Below, piece after piece: positions 63,547 through 64,000 of a DNA stretch of 64,000 nt (position 1 is its first letter; each line of letters starts with the position of its first letter). This stretch comes from Harriotta raleighana. Its lineage: Eukaryota. Below the pieces are notes generated by a model that searched no databases, was not told the origin of the DNA, and saw only the letters and a program-made list of their open reading frames with translations. The position numbers and the translations under genes are program-made. The DNA lies in contig JBNZDD010013642.1 of assembly GCA_050575255.1 (NCBI GenBank), forward strand, positions 2,433,959-2,497,958, in the 5' to 3' direction.

Positions 63547-64000
63547 GTGGTTAATGGGTATTTCTCGAAATGGAAGGAGGTGTGCAGCGATGTCCCTCAG
63601 GGATCAGTATTGGGACCACCGCTCTTTCTAATATATATTAATGATCTGGACTTGGGCATAGAGAGCACTATTTCCAAGTTTGCAGATGATACAAAGTTAG
63701 GTAGGGTAGTAAATAGTGAGGAGGACTGTAACCAACTGCAAGCAGACATACACAGAATGGTGGAATGGGCTGACATGTGGCAGATGGATTTCAATGTGGA
63801 TAAGTGTGAGGTGATACACTTATATAGGAAAAATGATAGATGGCAATATAGACTTTGTAGCTCAATCTTAAGGGGTGGGTGAACGTACAGAGAGATCTGG
63901 GTGTTCAAGTAAGTGAATCATTAAAGGTAGCAGGGCAGGTAGATAAGGCAGTAAAAAAGGCATTTGGTGTACAGAGCTTTATTAGTAGGGGCATAGAGTT
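63547..64000 (+). mobile_element. CR1 LINE RT region, running off the window end
   Basis: VPQGSVLGPPLFLIYINDLD...KFADDTKLG (RT catalytic FADD). Near-identical to the 15666 copy downstream of 63739. Confidence 0.95.

Overview
Eukaryotic, AT-rich vertebrate genomic DNA. The repeat set (tRNA/Deu-domain SINEs, CR1 LINEs with ATTCTATG tails, L2) points to a cartilaginous fish, possibly a chimaera; this is an inference. The whole window lies inside one large plus-strand gene, usherin (USH2A). Ten GT-AG exons (1796-1999, 2133-2213, 9186-9371, 9760-9873, 17743-17904, 26951-27110, 28517-28688, 44649-44796, 48300-48454, 54348-54510) splice into a stop-free 1545-nt, 515-codon frame. It encodes the end of a laminin-G domain followed by tandem fibronectin type III repeats, matching human exons ~28-37 as recalled. 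The introns hold about 20 copies of a tRNA-Ala-like-headed SINE, older Deu-domain SINEs, CR1/L2/L1 fragments, TA-flanked pogo/Tigger-like MITEs (some nested) and satellites. Several assembly problems are visible: a 1.39-kb false-looking duplication across a single N, other N joins, and a 260-N gap. I found no convincing new multi-gene system. The best leads are an in-frame competing splice acceptor, a MITE abutting an acceptor, inverted SINEs around an exon, a recurrent insertion site inside the SINE, several hairpins, and an unidentified decayed coding-like tract.
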